From Snowella sp. (GTDB taxonomy: Bacteria; Cyanobacteriota; Cyanobacteriia; Cyanobacteriales; Microcystaceae): 64,000 nucleotides of DNA. The notes under the pieces are model-generated. The model had not been told where the DNA came from and searched no databases. It saw only the letters and a program-made list of their open reading frames with translations. Positions 49,302 to 59,691 of this stretch are shown here, piece after piece. The number at the start of each line of letters is the position of its first letter. Position 1 is the first letter of the stretch. Location: assembly GCA_035285545.1 (NCBI GenBank), contig JAYKGY010000150.1:1-64000 (forward strand). The letters run 5' to 3'. The position numbers and the translations under genes were made by a program.

Positions 49302-49997
49302 ATGTTAATTCCCCTTACCCGTGAAGCCTTTGAACAAGTTATTCCCCTCATTGCGACAGGGCCACAATATTCCCATGTTTGGGGGGATTGGAATAGTTTT
49401 TTGCGGCGATTATTGATTTCTCTGATGATTGTGGTCGTTATTTGGCTAATTGGCTTTTTGTTAGGAGATAATGCACAAGGCATAAAGTTATTACTCTACA
49501 TTATCAGTGGATTATATTGGTTTTGGTCGCCTGTTTATACCGCCAGTGTCCGCAATAATAATTACCGTCGTTATCCCTATGCAGGATTTTGGCGCGGGAA
49601 AGTGCTGGATGTGTTTATTACTGAGGAATTAATTAACGAAGAACAACGGGCTAATAAATTTGGAGAATTGGAGATTATTGAAAATCGGGAACGACGCATT
49701 AATATCGAAGTCGGCGATCGCGAAGGATTTCGAGCCACCGTACAAGCCCCAATTAAACGAATTTACAAACCCATTGCCCCAGGGAATATTGCAGAAATGG
49801 TCGTTTTATCTCGGCAACCTGAATTGGAACGGATTGAAAAAATTACCGATCTTTATTTACCGCAATTTGATCTGTGGGTGGGCGAGTATCCCTACTTACG
49901 CAGAGATGTTTTTAAAGATATCAGCAATGAATTGGGTGGCGGTAATAGATCCCGTCCTCGGCCTGCTAATACTCCCGTTCGTAAGCGTTTACGTTAA
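49302..49997 (+). CDS. Conserved cyanobacterial membrane protein of unknown function
   Basis: MLIPLTRE.FEQ.IP.IATGPQY start, two TMs, GFWRG, WVGEYPYL. Confidence 0.8.
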   Translation: MLIPLTREAFEQVIPLIATGPQYSHVWGDWNSFLRRLLISLMIVVVIWLIGFLLGDNAQGIKLLLYIISGLYWFWSPVYTASVRNNNYRRYPYAGFWRGKVLDVFITEELINEEQRANKFGELEIIENRERRINIEVGDREGFRATVQAPIKRIYKPIAPGNIAEMVVLSRQPELERIEKITDLYLPQFDLWVGEYPYLRRDVFKDISNELGGGNRSRPRPANTPVRKRLR

Positions 49998-50475
49998 CAG
50001 AAGTTAATAAAAAACAAGTTTTTAGCAAAAAGTTATAAATATTAATAAAATTCCTTTTTCCCTGATCCCCAGACGAGTCGAAAACCTTTTAACAGAACTT
50101 CCACAGAGCTATCCATAGTCTTCTATCTATCAACAAGATTGATTTTACTTAAATAAACAACCATTTTTCCTGATTACAACGTGGCTTCAGGTAAATATAC
50201 TCAAGCTTTTTCAGCGATCGCCAATCTATTTTGTTTATTGTACCGATTTAATATAATTAAATTTATAAAATTTTAAAAATAAGCTTAATTTTTGTTTTTA
50301 AAGGATTATTATATTGATTTAATAGTTTTATATCTCAATAAATCTTATTGATATAAAATTAAGCTGCATTTTGAATTTGAACGAGCTTCCCATTCCCAAA
50401 AACTTAGTCAATAATGCAGTTAATGAGATGAGAACCAACCCATTAAATTTCAAGCATTATCTAGGAGAAAAGACT

Positions 50476-51345
50476 TTGACTTTAACACTCGCAGTTTACG
50501 GAAAAGGCGGCATTGGTAAATCCACAACAAGCTGCAATATCTCGACGGCTTTAGCAAAACGGGGTAAAAAAGTCTTACAAATTGGCTGCGACCCAAAACA
50601 CGACAGCACCTTTACTCTCACAGGGTTTTTAATCCCCACTATTATCGACACGCTTCAAGAAAAAGACTTCCATTACGAAGATATTTGGCCAGAAGATGTT
50701 ATCTACAAAGGCTATGCAGGTGTGGATTGCGTAGAAGCGGGTGGCCCGCCTGCGGGTGCGGGTTGTGGCGGTTACGTTGTCGGTGAAACGGTCAAATTAC
50801 TCAAAGAACTCAATGCCTTTGATGAATACGATGTCATTCTCTTTGATGTCTTAGGGGACGTAGTTTGTGGAGGATTTGCGGCTCCCTTGAACTATGCGGA
50901 TTATTGCTTAATCGTTACCGATAACGGTTTTGATGCCCTCTTTGCTGCCAATCGGATCGCCGCGTCTGTTCGAGAAAAAGCACGGACACACACATTACGG
51001 TTAGCGGGTTTAATCGGTAATCGCACCTCGAAGCGGGATTTGATTGATAAATATGTCGAATCAGTACCGATGCCTGTTTTGGAAATTCTGCCGTTAATTG
51101 AAGATATTCGCGTTTCGCGGGTCAAAGGAAAAACTTTATTTGAAATGGCAGAAACCGACCCATCTTTAAATTATGTTTGTGATTTTTATTTAAATATTGC
51201 AGATCAAATTTTGTCGAATCCTGAAGGTGTGGTTCCCAAAGATGCCCAAGACCGCGAATTATTTAGTTTACTTTCTGATTTCTATCTCAATCCTGAAAAG
51301 CCTGCGATGAATGCAGAAGCAGAATTAGATTTGATGATGGTTTAA
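50476..51345 (+). CDS. chlL: Light-independent protochlorophyllide reductase iron protein
   Basis: [43 protein letters not shown] start at 50476 after AGGAG. Confidence 0.97.
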   Translation: MTLTLAVYGKGGIGKSTTSCNISTALAKRGKKVLQIGCDPKHDSTFTLTGFLIPTIIDTLQEKDFHYEDIWPEDVIYKGYAGVDCVEAGGPPAGAGCGGYVVGETVKLLKELNAFDEYDVILFDVLGDVVCGGFAAPLNYADYCLIVTDNGFDALFAANRIAASVREKARTHTLRLAGLIGNRTSKRDLIDKYVESVPMPVLEILPLIEDIRVSRVKGKTLFEMAETDPSLNYVCDFYLNIADQILSNPEGVVPKDAQDRELFSLLSDFYLNPEKPAMNAEAELDLMMV

Positions 51346-51434
51346 TTTTCTCTAATCCTTTTAAGAATGGGCTTAAACTGCTTTCTCTCTTTCTCTTACT
51401 CACTTAAAATTTGATTTTTATTACACTGATAACC

Positions 51435-51917
51435 ATGTCAAATCATCTGACAGATATTATTGGCGAACGCGGAGAAATCATCTTTGAGTTAGCAGTTACC
51501 CATTATCAAACTTTTGGTTATCCTATTTTTAAGCCAGTGTTTTTAGGAGAAAAATGGCCAGACATTGATTATTATGTGCAGCTTTTACAAATTGAGGATA
51601 TAACGCCTTTCTTCTTTGTTCAAATTAAGTCAACCCAAAATGATATCAACAATAAAACTAAAAAGTTAAGTATTCGCTTAACTAAAGAACAACGTGAAAA
51701 TTTGTTTAAGATGACAGCCCCAACCTATCTTGTGGGTATTCATGAGCCAACACAAAGGGCTTTTATTCGTTCTGTTCACACTAAGCCCACTCAGGGCATT
51801 TATCAAATTTCGCTAAAATACGAATTAACACCAAATAATCTAAAGGTTCTTCACCAAGAAGTCTACGATTTTTGGAAGAATACAGTATATAAACCTTTTA
51901 CCTCTGCTTTTTTATGA
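51435..51917 (+). CDS. DUF4365-like PD-(D/E)XK nuclease-fold protein
   Basis: GERGE helix, PDIDYYV, FFVQIKST, then P.YLVGI strand. Confidence 0.7.
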   Translation: MSNHLTDIIGERGEIIFELAVTHYQTFGYPIFKPVFLGEKWPDIDYYVQLLQIEDITPFFFVQIKSTQNDINNKTKKLSIRLTKEQRENLFKMTAPTYLVGIHEPTQRAFIRSVHTKPTQGIYQISLKYELTPNNLKVLHQEVYDFWKNTVYKPFTSAFL

Positions 51918-52360
51918 TTACTAAAACTGATGTACCTTGGTATGTTACAAAAAGGGGCGAATTGCTGACGAAACAGCTTTTATTTGAACTCGCTCCTGAT
52001 GATTTATTTTATACAGGTGATCATCCTGAACATCTCTTCGATTATATGGTTCTTTTCCTAAAACCTGATGGTAGTCCTGTGACGATCGCGATTACGGTTA
52101 AGGCAACGGAAGAAGAAATTAATGGGGTTTATCCTGTTAAGGTATCGGAATTAAACAAGTTAAAAAATTCCAATATTCCTGTTTTGATTTTAGTGATAGA
52201 TGTTAAACGCAATCATTATTTTTTTAATTGGGTAAAGAATATTAGTCAGCTTGATGAATCTGAGTCATTAAAATCCGATCAATCTATTGAAGCCCCTTTA
52301 CGTCACGGAACATCGGAGGAAATTCAAAAATTAAAACAAGAAATTATGACAATTACTTAG
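51914..52360 (+). CDS. Second DUF4365-like protein with degenerate catalytic motif
   Basis: KRGE, FDYMV, IAITVKAT, SNIPVLILVIDVK...YFFNW; ATGA overlap with the previous gene. Confidence 0.65.
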   Translation: MITKTDVPWYVTKRGELLTKQLLFELAPDDLFYTGDHPEHLFDYMVLFLKPDGSPVTIAITVKATEEEINGVYPVKVSELNKLKNSNIPVLILVIDVKRNHYFFNWVKNISQLDESESLKSDQSIEAPLRHGTSEEIQKLKQEIMTIT

Positions 52361-52401
52361 TTTTTTCATTAAATCTTCTAGATTGTGGTAACTTCTTAAC
52401 T

Positions 52402-52527
52402 ATGCCTCTTTCGGCCTTAGTGTGGATATTGCAAAAAACATAATCAGAGCTTTCTCTCAAACTCTTTAGCTGCAAGGAGTTCAGTAAATTTTAAACAAAA
52501 ACTCCACACGTTAACCAGAAGAGACAT
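52402..52527. mobile_element. Degenerate MITE-like palindromic element
   Basis: TGCCTCTTTCGGCCTTAGTGTGGA (52403-52426) matches the reverse complement of 52503-52526 (TGTCTCTTCTGGTTAACGTGTGGA) at 16/24; internal hairpin AACTCTTT...AAGGAGTT. Confidence 0.4.
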
Positions 52528-52552
52528 TATTTATTAAGTTTCACACAAATCA

Positions 52553-53413
52553 ATGATTTATCAAAAAACAATGAAGCAAAAACTTAAATTAAGCAAACAG
52601 CTAAAGATCGTTATTACAATAATTTCAATTTTTGTTTTTACAATCTTAGCTCATCACTTTGATGCAATAGGAAGCTTTAAGTTAACCCAAGAATTGCCAT
52701 CAGTATTAGCTCAAACTCCAACCCCGACAACTACACCAACTCCACAGTCAACAACTACATCAAATTCAAATTCAGATTCGGTATTCTTGTTACTTAATAA
52801 CACAAATATGTTATTGTGGATTGCTTTAATTGGGGTATTTGTAGTCCTATTTTCAGCACTGTCACCTATTACTGGTTCTGTCAAAATGTGGTGGACAGGT
52901 GACGATACTAAACCTACATTAAAAGATAAAGCTGATTTTCTAGTCCAAGCTTTGCCCAAGATATCAGAAAGTATTACTATTGTTCTGGTCATAATTGTTG
53001 TTACAGCACTAACTGTAAGTGACAAGATTGAATCAGAAGGAACTATTAGTATTCTTTCATCCATAATTGGATTTGTACTTGGAAAAAAAGCTGCTGAAAG
53101 TTCAAAAAATAATTTATCAACATCAACTAAAAACGTTATCTCATTAATACCTGAAAAGGCTGAGGTTAAATTTGGAGATACACTCGAAATCAAAATTTAT
53201 CCTGAACAAAAGATAGGATCTTATATGGTCGATATTCAACCATACAACATAGGAACGGTAACAATACAGAATAAATCTACTTTACTTTATCAGGCTCCTA
53301 GTAAAAATGACGCAGGTGGCACAAGCGAAGTAACTATTACTGTTATGTCAAGAACTCCTGGGATACCATCAGCTACAGCTAAGATTCAACTCATTGATAT
53401 TGAAGAAGAATGA
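52553..53413 (+). CDS. Hypothetical multi-pass membrane protein with Pro/Thr linker and C-terminal beta-rich (Ig-like?) domain
   Basis: About four hydrophobic segments, TPTPTTTPTP linker, C-terminal GTVTI...LLYQAP...VTITV. Confidence 0.7.
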   Translation: MIYQKTMKQKLKLSKQLKIVITIISIFVFTILAHHFDAIGSFKLTQELPSVLAQTPTPTTTPTPQSTTTSNSNSDSVFLLLNNTNMLLWIALIGVFVVLFSALSPITGSVKMWWTGDDTKPTLKDKADFLVQALPKISESITIVLVIIVVTALTVSDKIESEGTISILSSIIGFVLGKKAAESSKNNLSTSTKNVISLIPEKAEVKFGDTLEIKIYPEQKIGSYMVDIQPYNIGTVTIQNKSTLLYQAPSKNDAGGTSEVTITVMSRTPGIPSATAKIQLIDIEEE

Positions 53414-53466
53414 GATTATCATTTCTCATCTGCTTTTAACAAGTTTTAACTATTAAATTAAATTAG

Positions 53467-54906
<1,440 letters not shown>

Positions 54907-55224
54907 CTTAAACCAAGTGATGATCTGGAGCAGGGCGATCGCATGAAAATCTAGGCGATCGCTCGAAGAAGTTATCACAGGATTCTTAAAAAAGACCTGC
55001 AAATTATTGATAATTCTGTAGATTAATTTATTGGAGCCTATCAAATGAATATTCTTGATGGGAAAGAAAATCATGATTATTATTTAGCCCAACAATTACA
55101 AAAAAACACAATGACTAAACTATTGGTAGATATATCGGATTGAGCCAACTTCATTGATATTAGTCAGCCTCATACAATCTCACCGTTTCTAGAAATAGAA
55201 AATGACTACCATAAATTGCAAATC

Positions 55225-55503
55225 CTACTTCCAATGTTGTTGATAAAATTGCTCAATCGCTCCTACTGCTTTTAATAAAGGTGAATCTAAAGAATCGATC
55301 CAGTCAGCGACTTCTCGCGATAATCCTAACGTAATCACACCTTGAGAGGGTTCTAATTGTTGAGATAAAACTTGACTTTTTAGATGTTGTAACTGAGAAA
55401 TCACTCTCGATAATTGCTCAACGTTAACTGGGAAATCTGTTTGTTCAGCAACTATGAGAGCGCGATCGATTAATTGAATAAATTCCTGGGTCGGTTTATT
55501 CAT
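55225..55503 (-). CDS. Tsi6-like immunity protein (cytoplasmic, helical)
   Basis: IDRAL...QLQHLKS.VL...L......TLG recalls the Tsi6 pattern IDRAL...QLQYIRSVLL...LTLG; 92 aa; immediately downstream of a toxin-like gene. Confidence 0.6.
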   Translation of the reverse strand: MNKPTQEFIQLIDRALIVAEQTDFPVNVEQLSRVISQLQHLKSQVLSQQLEPSQGVITLGLSREVADWIDSLDSPLLKAVGAIEQFYQQHWK

Positions 55504-55530
55504 AAAGCATGAGTTTTTAGATAATAATTT

Positions 55531-56055
55531 TTATCGGCTTTGTGAAGGACAACAAAACGGATCAATGGTAATTTCTCCCGCTTCTTCCCATTTAATTTTA
55601 GGATCTCTAGAATCTTCGATAAACGTTTGCTGAGCACCCCCTGGGTAACAATCAGATGGAGTTTGAGGGGCAGCACTTCCTTGATATATTACAGTCCCTG
55701 CGGGTAAAGTTACTTTGACTCGTTTATTCGCAGGATTTCCCCAAGCTTGGTTCAGGGCTAGTCCTCTGATCGCTGTGGATGTTGTTGAAAAATTATCCGT
55801 TGTTAAATAACGACCATATTTAGATACGCTATTCCCATAGTAACGATAAAAAACCTGCTCCGTCGTCAGTGTTACTTTTTTGCATTCGGAATTAAGAAAT
55901 GTCACCACGACACTAGGATCGCTGAGGGGACAAGATGCTGTTTGTGCGAGAACTTTCCCTGAATACAGGCTGCTATTCGGGCCCACATTTCCCAGTAAAA
56001 AGCTACCCAAAATGCCTAAGCCAAGATTAATCAGGATAGATTGAGCTTTTATCAT
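55531..56055 (-). CDS. Secreted Tse6/Tne/TNT-like NAD(P)+ glycohydrolase toxin domain
   Basis: Signal peptide ending KVLA|Q; motifs in order FYRYYG, GRYLT, LALNQAWGN, GSAAPQ, YPGGAQQTFI. Confidence 0.65.
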   Translation of the reverse strand: MIKAQSILINLGLGILGSFLLGNVGPNSSLYSGKVLAQTASCPLSDPSVVVTFLNSECKKVTLTTEQVFYRYYGNSVSKYGRYLTTDNFSTTSTAIRGLALNQAWGNPANKRVKVTLPAGTVIYQGSAAPQTPSDCYPGGAQQTFIEDSRDPKIKWEEAGEITIDPFCCPSQSR

Positions 56056-56285
56056 TGCAATTCCCCTATTTGACTGAAATGTTGGAGATGATTGCAGTTT
56101 ATCAAGCTCAATCCAATGATTGTATGAAAAAAATAATAAAGATTTGCCTACCCCGCCGTAGGGTGAACCTTTTCCTCATTGATGCGGTGGTAAGCAGGCT
56201 GATTATGAGAGTTGTGCGATTTCCTTGAGTTATTTAAAGTAAACGGGATTGTAACCCGAACTTAAACCCTGATACCCGATTTCAT

Positions 56286-57287
56286 CTAGCGGAACATACT
56301 ACTGACCGAAGTATCTTCATGAATCCGCCAAATCGCTTCGCCCAAAAGATTAGCCACTGTGAGAATCGTTAATTGGGGGAATTGGTGATCATCGGCAATA
56401 GGAATAGTGTTCGTCACAATGACTTCTTCTAAAACCCCGCTGGATAGGCGAGAAATTGCCGGTTCCGAGAAAACGGCATGGGTGGCACAGGCATAAACCT
56501 GTCTGGCTCCGCGTTCTTTTAATAAGCGTGCACCTTCTTGGATAGTGCCTGCGGTATCGATCATGTCATCGACTAAAACCGCTGTTTTTCCCTGAACATC
56601 CCCAATTAGGTTTAAAACTTCTGCAACATTATGGGATTGGCGACGTTTATCAATGATGGCTAAAGGCGCATCGTTAAGTTTTTTGGCAAAAGCCCTAGCA
56701 CGGGCAACCCCACCCACATCAGGGGAAACGACGACTAAATCGCTTAATTGTTTGCTGAGTAAATAATCAATAATGACGGGAGAGCCATAAACGTGATCAA
56801 AGGGAATATCGAAATAGCCTTGAATCTGGGCAGAGTGGAGATCCATGGCTAAGATCCGTTGTGCCCCAGCTTCGGTGATTAAATTAGCAACTAATTTTGC
56901 GGCGATCGATTCACGGCCTGCGGTTTTGCGATCCGCTCTGGCGTAACCATAGTAGGGAATAACTGCTGTAATTTGACGGGCGGATGCTCTGCGACAAGCA
57001 TCGATCATAATGAGGAGTTCCATCAAGTTATCGTTGACGGGATTGCAACAGGGCTGAATCAGGTAAATATCCCCGCCTCGAATGGACTCTTGAATTTGAA
57101 TATAAAGCTCTCCGTCAGCAAATCGTTTCCGCAACATCGGGCCGATATCCATACCAAGATAACGGGCGACTTCTTGCGAGAGAGGAAAATTAGCTGATCC
57201 CGAAAAAAGACGAAGACGGTTATTTTCTGACAGCGATGGTAGCACCCGCTGAGGGGATAAGGTAGCAGTACGGCTCACGACAGGCAT
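56286..57287 (-). CDS. prs: Ribose-phosphate pyrophosphokinase
   Basis: FADGE, PYYGYARADRK, DLHSAQIQG, VSPDVGG, DDMIDTAGT. Confidence 0.98.
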   Translation of the reverse strand: MPVVSRTATLSPQRVLPSLSENNRLRLFSGSANFPLSQEVARYLGMDIGPMLRKRFADGELYIQIQESIRGGDIYLIQPCCNPVNDNLMELLIMIDACRRASARQITAVIPYYGYARADRKTAGRESIAAKLVANLITEAGAQRILAMDLHSAQIQGYFDIPFDHVYGSPVIIDYLLSKQLSDLVVVSPDVGGVARARAFAKKLNDAPLAIIDKRRQSHNVAEVLNLIGDVQGKTAVLVDDMIDTAGTIQEGARLLKERGARQVYACATHAVFSEPAISRLSSGVLEEVIVTNTIPIADDHQFPQLTILTVANLLGEAIWRIHEDTSVSSMFR

Positions 57288-57491
57288 TTTCCTCAACTCA
57301 TTGCATTACTAATTCTCTCAGAAATTGGTGTATTCTGATTAATTGAATTTGTCATTGTTTATGATAACCGATTCATCTTACTTGGCAAGGGTTATTTAGA
57401 ACTTGTTTAAAGTTATTGTATTGAAAGTTAATAGGCTATTAAAGTAACAACCTTTAACTATTTGTTGAAATTCTTAAAGCTATAAAGAAAG

Positions 57492-58181
57492 GTGATGAAA
57501 ACATTACTGGTTACAGGAACAGATACCGATGTCGGAAAGACAGTTTTAACTTCAACCTTGGCGGCTTATTGGTATCAATATCGATCTAATCAGTCGTTAG
57601 GTTTAATGAAATTAATGCAAACGGGGATCGGGGATGATGAACATTATCAGTCGTTATTTGCTAATCATGCTACTGGGGATATTGTGACACCACTCAAGTT
57701 TAAAACTCCTGTTGCGCCTCCCATTGCAGCGGAACGAGAAGGCCGAGAAATTCCGTTAGAAACGGTTTGGCAAGCCCTAACTCAATTGCAAAAAAAGCAT
57801 CAATTTGTTCTCGTTGAAGCATTAGGTGGTTTAGGTTCTCCTGTTACTTCAGAATTAAGCGTGGCTGATATTGCCGGATTGTGGCGATTGGAAACGGTCT
57901 TAGTGGTTCCGGTTAAGTTGGGCGCGATCGCGCAAGCAGTGGCCAATGTTGCTCTCGCTCGTCAAACCAAGGTTACGGTAAAAGGAATTGTTTTAAGTTG
58001 TAATAAACCTGAATCAGAGGAAAAATTAGACGACTGGGCCCCGATTGAGATGGTGCAAAATTTTACCCAAGTTCCTGTACTCGGTGTCCTGCCCTATTTT
58101 TCCGCTGAACAATTAAAAGATATTCATTATTTGGGGCAAATCGGCAGTCGATTGGATTGGGAAAAATTGAGCATTGAATAG
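57492..58181 (+). CDS. bioD: Dethiobiotin synthase
   Basis: VTGTDTDVGKT, K.MQTG, VEALGGLGSP. Confidence 0.95.
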   Translation: MMKTLLVTGTDTDVGKTVLTSTLAAYWYQYRSNQSLGLMKLMQTGIGDDEHYQSLFANHATGDIVTPLKFKTPVAPPIAAEREGREIPLETVWQALTQLQKKHQFVLVEALGGLGSPVTSELSVADIAGLWRLETVLVVPVKLGAIAQAVANVALARQTKVTVKGIVLSCNKPESEEKLDDWAPIEMVQNFTQVPVLGVLPYFSAEQLKDIHYLGQIGSRLDWEKLSIE

Positions 58182-58195
58182 AATTTTAAAAATCT

Positions 58196-59029
58196 TTAAT
58201 GATTAAGCTGAGCTTTGGCTTTTCTCCAGAGCGTTTCTAACTCATTGAGGGTGTAATCATTGAGGGGTTTCTCAGCAAATTTTTCCATTAAAGAAAGTCG
58301 TTGAATAAAGCGTTGATTGGTTCCGTCCAAGGCATCGGAAGGGTTTAAATCGTACCAACGGGCAATATTAATCAGGGTAAACAATAAATCTCCGAGTTCT
58401 GCTTCTTGATGTTGCTTATCATCACATTGCAATGCTTCTTTAAATTCTGCTAATTCTTCCTCAAATTTTTCCCAAACCCCCTCGGCATTTTCCCATTCAA
58501 ACCCAAAGGCGGCCGCTTTTTTAGAAATTTTGCTCCCTGCCATCAAGGGCGGTAAGGTTTGGGTATAGCGTTTAAATTGGGTACTGAGACGTTTTTGTTC
58601 TTCGGGATGAATGCCTTTTTCCTCGGCTTTAATTTTTTCCCAATTGTCCCGCACGGTTTCAACATTATCGACTTCGAGTTCACCAAAGACATGGGGATGG
58701 CGACGGATCAGTTTTTCGGCAATGCCCTTGGCGACTTCTTTTAAACTAAAATATCCTTCATCTTGGGCAACTTGGGCTTGTAGAACGACTTGTAATAATA
58801 AATCCCCTAGTTCTTCCGCGATCGCGGCTTGGTCTTCACTTCGGATCGCATGAACCACTTCATAGGCTTCTTCAATCACATAAGGAATCAGGGTTTGTTG
58901 GGTTTGGGCTAAATCCCAGGGGCATCCCCCATTCGGCGATCGCAGTTTAGCCACGACATCAATTAAATGTTGCAGTGCATCCAAAATAGCTTGGGACGTT
59001 TGATCGGAGGAATTAGCAAGACTAGACAT
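58196..59029 (-). CDS. mazG: Nucleoside triphosphate pyrophosphohydrolase
   Basis: LRSPNGGCPWD, EEAYE, EELGDLLLQV, KLIRRHPHVF, second ELGDLLF. Confidence 0.96.
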   Translation of the reverse strand: MSSLANSSDQTSQAILDALQHLIDVVAKLRSPNGGCPWDLAQTQQTLIPYVIEEAYEVVHAIRSEDQAAIAEELGDLLLQVVLQAQVAQDEGYFSLKEVAKGIAEKLIRRHPHVFGELEVDNVETVRDNWEKIKAEEKGIHPEEQKRLSTQFKRYTQTLPPLMAGSKISKKAAAFGFEWENAEGVWEKFEEELAEFKEALQCDDKQHQEAELGDLLFTLINIARWYDLNPSDALDGTNQRFIQRLSLMEKFAEKPLNDYTLNELETLWRKAKAQLNH

Positions 59030-59088
59030 AAAGCGGGAATTTTTTTGAAGAATTGATTATCATAACCAGTATTATTGCTTACTAACTG

Positions 59089-59691
59089 ATGGGTGGTGAT
59101 GCGATGACCTATACAACCCAACAATTGATTGCCATTTTAGACGAAGAATTGCGGGCGACTTGGCAGGGCAAACGAATCCTGTTGTCTTCTGATCAACGGT
59201 TTGATAATTCTGTGGTTGCCAAAGCCATCGATATGCAGAAAGTGAACAAAGTCTTTGCCTATCAAGATTTTCGTCAACAAATTCATCAATATCAGCGATC
59301 GCATAATGTATCAGGGATTATCTGGCGAGAATGCCGTTTTCAGGATCAATCTTTGCGCTATCCCGAAATCCATAATCAGTTAATTGCTATTCCAGACGAT
59401 AAGAAAATTTTGATGGAAGCGAAAACATCAGTGTTGAATTTTTGGAAAATCAATACCCAAGGGATGGGATTTTGGCTAAATGCTCATCATCGTCGCCCAA
59501 TTAGTCTTGATTCCTTAGAAGATCTGATTATTGACAGCGAATGGGCCGAAATTGATGCCACTCGAACTGAACTCTATTTAGGATTGTGTTGGGGAAACCC
59601 CCAGGAACACCAGTACGACTGGGCTAAACCGAACTCTGGGTGTCATCGGATTATTGCTGCGATTAATGAACCCAGCGCGATTAAAGTTTAA
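59089..59691 (+). CDS. Hypothetical protein
   Basis: 200-aa ORF filling the gap between mazG and cax; no motif recognised; start could be ATG 59104. Confidence 0.7.
   Translation: MGGDAMTYTTQQLIAILDEELRATWQGKRILLSSDQRFDNSVVAKAIDMQKVNKVFAYQDFRQQIHQYQRSHNVSGIIWRECRFQDQSLRYPEIHNQLIAIPDDKKILMEAKTSVLNFWKINTQGMGFWLNAHHRRPISLDSLEDLIIDSEWAEIDATRTELYLGLCWGNPQEHQYDWAKPNSGCHRIIAAINEPSAIKV

Noticed and set aside
50371..50475. 35-aa N-terminal extension of ChlL in the ORF track (similar extensions on thrB, rplU, mrp, ndhL and nhaS3)
   Set aside because: Artefact of longest-ORF calling; homology, and in the chlL case an AGGAG RBS, point to downstream starts.
52711..53193. 160-aa minus-strand ORF
   Set aside because: Entirely antisense to the 286-aa membrane protein, with no independent motif or RBS.
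54933..54964. Hairpin after chlN
   Set aside because: Formed by two nearby HIP1 palindromes with no U-tract; not called a terminator.
54965..55224. Possible gene remnant (…LKKDLQIIDNSVD*FIGAYQMNILDGKENHDYYLAQQL…) between chlN and the immunity-like gene
   Set aside because: Short, interrupted and not recognisable; cannot be supported without a search.
56144..56200. Imperfect GC-rich hairpin between prs and the toxin-like gene, considered as an ncRNA
   Set aside because: Most simply the 3' stem-loop of prs; no recognisable RNA family.
58196..59029. mazG as an anti-phage or TA component
   Set aside because: Full-length two-domain housekeeping MazG in a core-gene context, with HIP1 sites.
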